Below, piece by piece: positions 61,301 to 64,000 of a stretch of DNA of 64,000 nt. The number at the start of each line of letters is the position of its first letter. Position 1 is the stretch's first letter. The DNA comes from Marsupella aquatica (taxonomy: Eukaryota > Plantae > Marchantiophyta): contig OZ316899.1 of assembly GCA_973895155.1 (NCBI GenBank), forward strand, positions 8,001,241-8,065,240, written 5' to 3'. Both the position numbers and the translations under genes were made by a program. The notes under the pieces are model-generated. The model made no database searches. It saw only the letters and a list, made by a program, of their open reading frames with translations, and was not told the DNA's origin.

Positions 61301-64000
61301 GATGTAGTTTGAGGTTAACCTCTCGGCATCGTTGGAACGTACGTCTTAGGTGTTCGGGGTGCATGGCGACAGTTCCAAAGATGGCGAAGTCGTCGATAAA
61401 TATCTCCATAAATTCCCGTAGGAAATCATGGAAGATATTCATCATGAGTCGCTGAAACATGGCCGGAGTGTTACACAATCCGAACGGCATTCTCCGAAAT
61501 GCAAAAGTCCCCCATTCCGTAGTGAACGTTGTTTTGAGCTGATCCGAGAGGCGAATCCAGATTTGGTTATAACCCGAATACCCGTCAAGGAATGTATAAA
61601 TTTCATTTCGGGCTACCATATCTAGAACCATATCCGTGAATGGTAACGGGTAATGGTCTTTTTGGGTCGCGTCGTTCAGCTTACGATAGTCCTGACAAAT
61701 CCGGATCTTAGGTTTTCCGTTCGTTCCTCCCTTTTTCGGTACAATGACGATGGGAGAGACCCAATCGCTGGCCATTACCGGGTAGATGATATCTGCTGCG
61801 AGGAGACGATCAATTTCCTCCTTCACTAAGATGGAGTACCTTGGGTTCATGTGACGTTGTCGCTGCCGTACTGCATGGGCCCCCAGATTCAAATCGATCG
61901 TGTGTTCTCCTAACTCGGGGGAGACTCCTGTTAAATTGTGATGGCTCCATGCAAACACATCTTCATATTCCTTGAGCAGAGCTTGGATAGATTTTTCCGC
62001 CTCCCCCGTCAGAGCGTGGCCCAGGTTAAACGATTTATCCATCCCAATGGTGTACTTCCGGTAGTGCTCCTTCCTGATGACTTCAACCTGGTTCCGCAAG
62101 CTCGGGTCCAGGCTCGCATCAAGTTCAGCTAACCGAACTCCTCCGTACATGGGTGGAACCGGGATTGGTCTCAGGATTGGAGTTACTTCCTCCAACTACG
62201 GGATGGACAGATCCCAGGAGACTCGTTTCTTATGTCTCGGTCTCGGGTTTTCGGCCTCGGGCGGTTGCTTGGCTGGTTCGTGGTCACGAGGCTCTGCTCT
62301 GGTAGAAGCAGCATTGGCTCCCTACTTAGCTAGAGTCATGTCCTCCGTATCGATGAGTCGTTTTTGCGTTTCCTCATACCGGGCAGTCGAGGTGCTCGGG
62401 GTGGGCTCAATAGCAGCCGTCGGGTAATTCAGGAGATGTGTTTCGCGGGTTGCCTCAACTCCAAAGACATCTTCCTCGGACAGGGACGAGATGGGTTCAA
62501 TCATGTTGAGTTCCTCTTCCTCCGAGGTCTCCGAATCATATTCCTCGGGTCCTTGTGGGGTTTCGCCCTGATAATCGTCCATTGCCCATGATACCCATAC
62601 TGTGGGTGTCCCAAACCGTAGCTCCTTCTTTCCCCAATCCGTGACCACACGGCCACCGTACAGCCACGGCCTACCTAGGAGGACCGGATAAGAGGAGGGC
62701 CAAACCGGCCTCATGACTTGGAAGTTGAGATAGAACTCCACCCCTCCTACCAGAGTGAGTACCCGTGTAAGCGTGCCCAATGGAAGTACCCTTGCCCCAT
62801 TTGCTAATCTGATAGCTCAGGCTGTGGGTTGATACGTGAGGTATCCTAACTTGACTGACGTTTCTTCAGTCATGATGTTGACTCCCGCTCCTCCGTCTAC
62901 AAGAACCATCTTGATGGTACAATTATTAATTTCAATCAAGATATCCGGCGCTCCCACGTCCTTGCATATCATGTTGCAATCCGCGATCCCAACTCGGGGT
63001 AGTCGTCTCCGTCGTCGACCCGTAAGCAACTCCCTCAGTTGCCGTCTGTACTATGGATTGTTTTGCAGCAGTTGTCCTACCGTTGCTGTAACCGGGCAAC
63101 TCTTCACGTCTTCCTTAATATCATAGTCCTCCTTCTTTTCTTCCTTCGGCTGCTGCTTGGCTTCCTCTTGCTTATCTTGCTTCTCTTGCTCCTGTCGCCG
63201 GGCTGTCTCGGCTGCTTTGGTGTCCTTATCGATTGCCTTCTGGTATTCCCGAGCTTCGTAGGCCTCCAACTGTTTCTTTACCAATTCTTTGATGCGGGGG
63301 AAAAATAGCTTCGGGTCATCCCGTCGGTAGTCATCATCCTTCTCCGGGTGTATATCTATTGCTGGTTGCACCGGAGTAGTATCTTGCTTTTTCCTGTGTT
63401 TCTCCTCCTGCTTCTCTTCCTTCCGTTCGGCTCTTGTTGACACACGATAGCACTCAGCCTCGTCAGATGGATTAGGGTGTTCCGCCACGTCCACCAGATT
63501 CACCCACTCGGTGTTGTCATCTTGCCATTCCACCGCAATCATTTGGACGACCGCATCACTCATGGCCGGTGCGCCCTGGGCTGGTCTTGCTGCATTTGTT
63601 CGAGCGGCCATTACCAATGGACAGTTGGCCATGGAATGAGCTTCCGTTTTGCAGACTTGACAAAGTGGCGTGCCACGGCCATCCCCCTGGCATCTTGGTT
63701 CTGTGCATTCCCTCGCGAAATGGCCGGGCTTCTCACAGTTGTAACAAACCGGGGATCACCAAATCCCTGGTTTAGGAGGAATGCTAGGGTTACTGATAAC
63801 TTGAAAGCCTCGGCCATTGTTTGGGTAGGGGTATGCAGTTCTACCTGCTAAGTTACGCGGACCCACCGGTGAAATCTGATACACCGAATCAGGAGGGTCT
63901 TCAAAGAAATACTCCGTGGACTCCGCTTCAGGTCCCGGGTTGTCAACATCATCTAAGCCCACCTGGTGGACTCGGTTCTTCCATCTTGGGCATTCTTGCA
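58397..64000 (-). mobile_element. Ty3/gypsy LTR retrotransposon (non-chromovirus, Athila/Phygy-like), 5' end beyond the window; 3' LTR ~58397-59219
   Basis: Gag CCHC knuckles (~63590-63750), protease LVDGGAGVNIM, then RT-RH-INT. Purine tract AAGCAGGGAG before TGTGACG at 59219. The left LTR end is approximate. Confidence 0.9.
59187..62195 (-). CDS. Gypsy pol (RT, RNase H, integrase), 1002-aa open frame
   Basis: WVSPIVIVPKK, DYRKLN, FLDGYSGYNQI, MPFGLCN, FIDDF, TDHDSL, HHCC zinc finger, WGIDYIGP, SDRGTHF, YHPKANGMTER, WLGPF. Upstream gag-PR has stops and frameshifts, and the first RNase H Asp reads N. Confidence 0.93.
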   Translation of the reverse strand: MEEVTPILRPIPVPPMYGGVRLAELDASLDPSLRNQVEVIRKEHYRKYTIGMDKSFNLGHALTGEAEKSIQALLKEYEDVFAWSHHNLTGVSPELGEHTIDLNLGAHAVRQRQRHMNPRYSILVKEEIDRLLAADIIYPVMASDWVSPIVIVPKKGGTNGKPKIRICQDYRKLNDATQKDHYPLPFTDMVLDMVARNEIYTFLDGYSGYNQIWIRLSDQLKTTFTTEWGTFAFRRMPFGLCNTPAMFQRLMMNIFHDFLREFMEIFIDDFAIFGTVAMHPEHLRRTFQRCREVNLKLHPAKCFFGVEEGVLLGHRVSKRGIEVDQEKVTAWMAVVFPVDQKAVRSFLGCVGYTRWFIKDFAKIVLPLTEMMKKDAVIEETPRRRIAFEELRKRLTTAPIMVTPDWNKEFHVYVNVSGFCIGSVLSQLDENGRDHPIYFASRQLFTAKKNYSPTDREALGIIYSCTKFRHYLLGYKVIFHTDHDSLKYMVNKVDVTGRIARWMLLLQEFNYEVRVRPGKAHLNADFFSRLDGVPVDQPIDDIFPDEELFHIGAGTPTWYGSIVTFLLTGRIPDGINQEAATMFLRKAGPYVMVQGHLHKEGVNGKLRRCLEYKEMLIVMRALHEEEAGGHFAAITTARKILDSRYWWPTLHRDVQCFIKGCDLCQRAGAPRRAHHHPLTSVLPLAPFEKWGIDYIGPFTPITRRRRCRYILLAIDYSTKWVEARATVKDDAATSARFLYEQIFTRFGPPLELVSDRGTHFLNDTVAQLTERYLVKHRKTTPYHPKANGMTERANGIIGKILNKIVAVHKTDWDDKLYAAVYSYNLAYKTTTSHSSYFLVFGQHSLVPVKFEVHTPRVSIRDRLPESESLSDRAYQIEALEEARLLAARHAVMKQATSKKQHDKRLRKVDVVTGDLVLLYDSRYMQFPGKLHSRWLGPFLVNQIYPNGSLELATYAGDLLPTRVSYDRVKKYHHQDDDAESDVREDASQLSRELCDVAGTASNE

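Overview
Eukaryotic, transposon-rich genomic DNA from a land plant, probably a non-seed plant such as a bryophyte. That assignment is inferred from the gene and transposon types, not tested. The only clear host gene is a two-exon U-box/ARM E3 ligase (PUB2/3/4-like, minus strand, 10320-12586). Most of the rest is nested mobile DNA, with many boundaries fixed by target-site duplications (TSDs). In order: a decayed P-element/THAP9-like transposase split by a 4.7-kb TG..CA element (TSD CATCT); a young Bianca-like Ty1/copia element (13568-19764, TSD ATTTT); a CACTA element (22978-33832, TSD TCT); a Ulp1 protease fragment next to a palindrome array; a Mutator-like element (37222-52163, 9-bp TSD) inside a second copy of the 4.7-kb element and itself split by a non-autonomous LTR element; copia, solo-LTR and L1 debris; and a Ty3/gypsy element running off the right edge. 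Two observations stand out. (1) The Mutator-like element carries a spliced gene with an N-terminal ParB/Srx-like domain and a C-terminal N6/N4 DNA-methyltransferase-like domain. It also has at least 9 copies of an 18-bp palindrome (GCTAGCGA-NN-TCGCTAGC) confined to its introns and non-coding parts, a ParB/parS-like layout. (2) The CACTA element carries a compact SET-domain exon between the first exon and the body of its transposase, with splice phases compatible with alternative splicing. All domain calls are from motif recognition by eye; no database searches were run.
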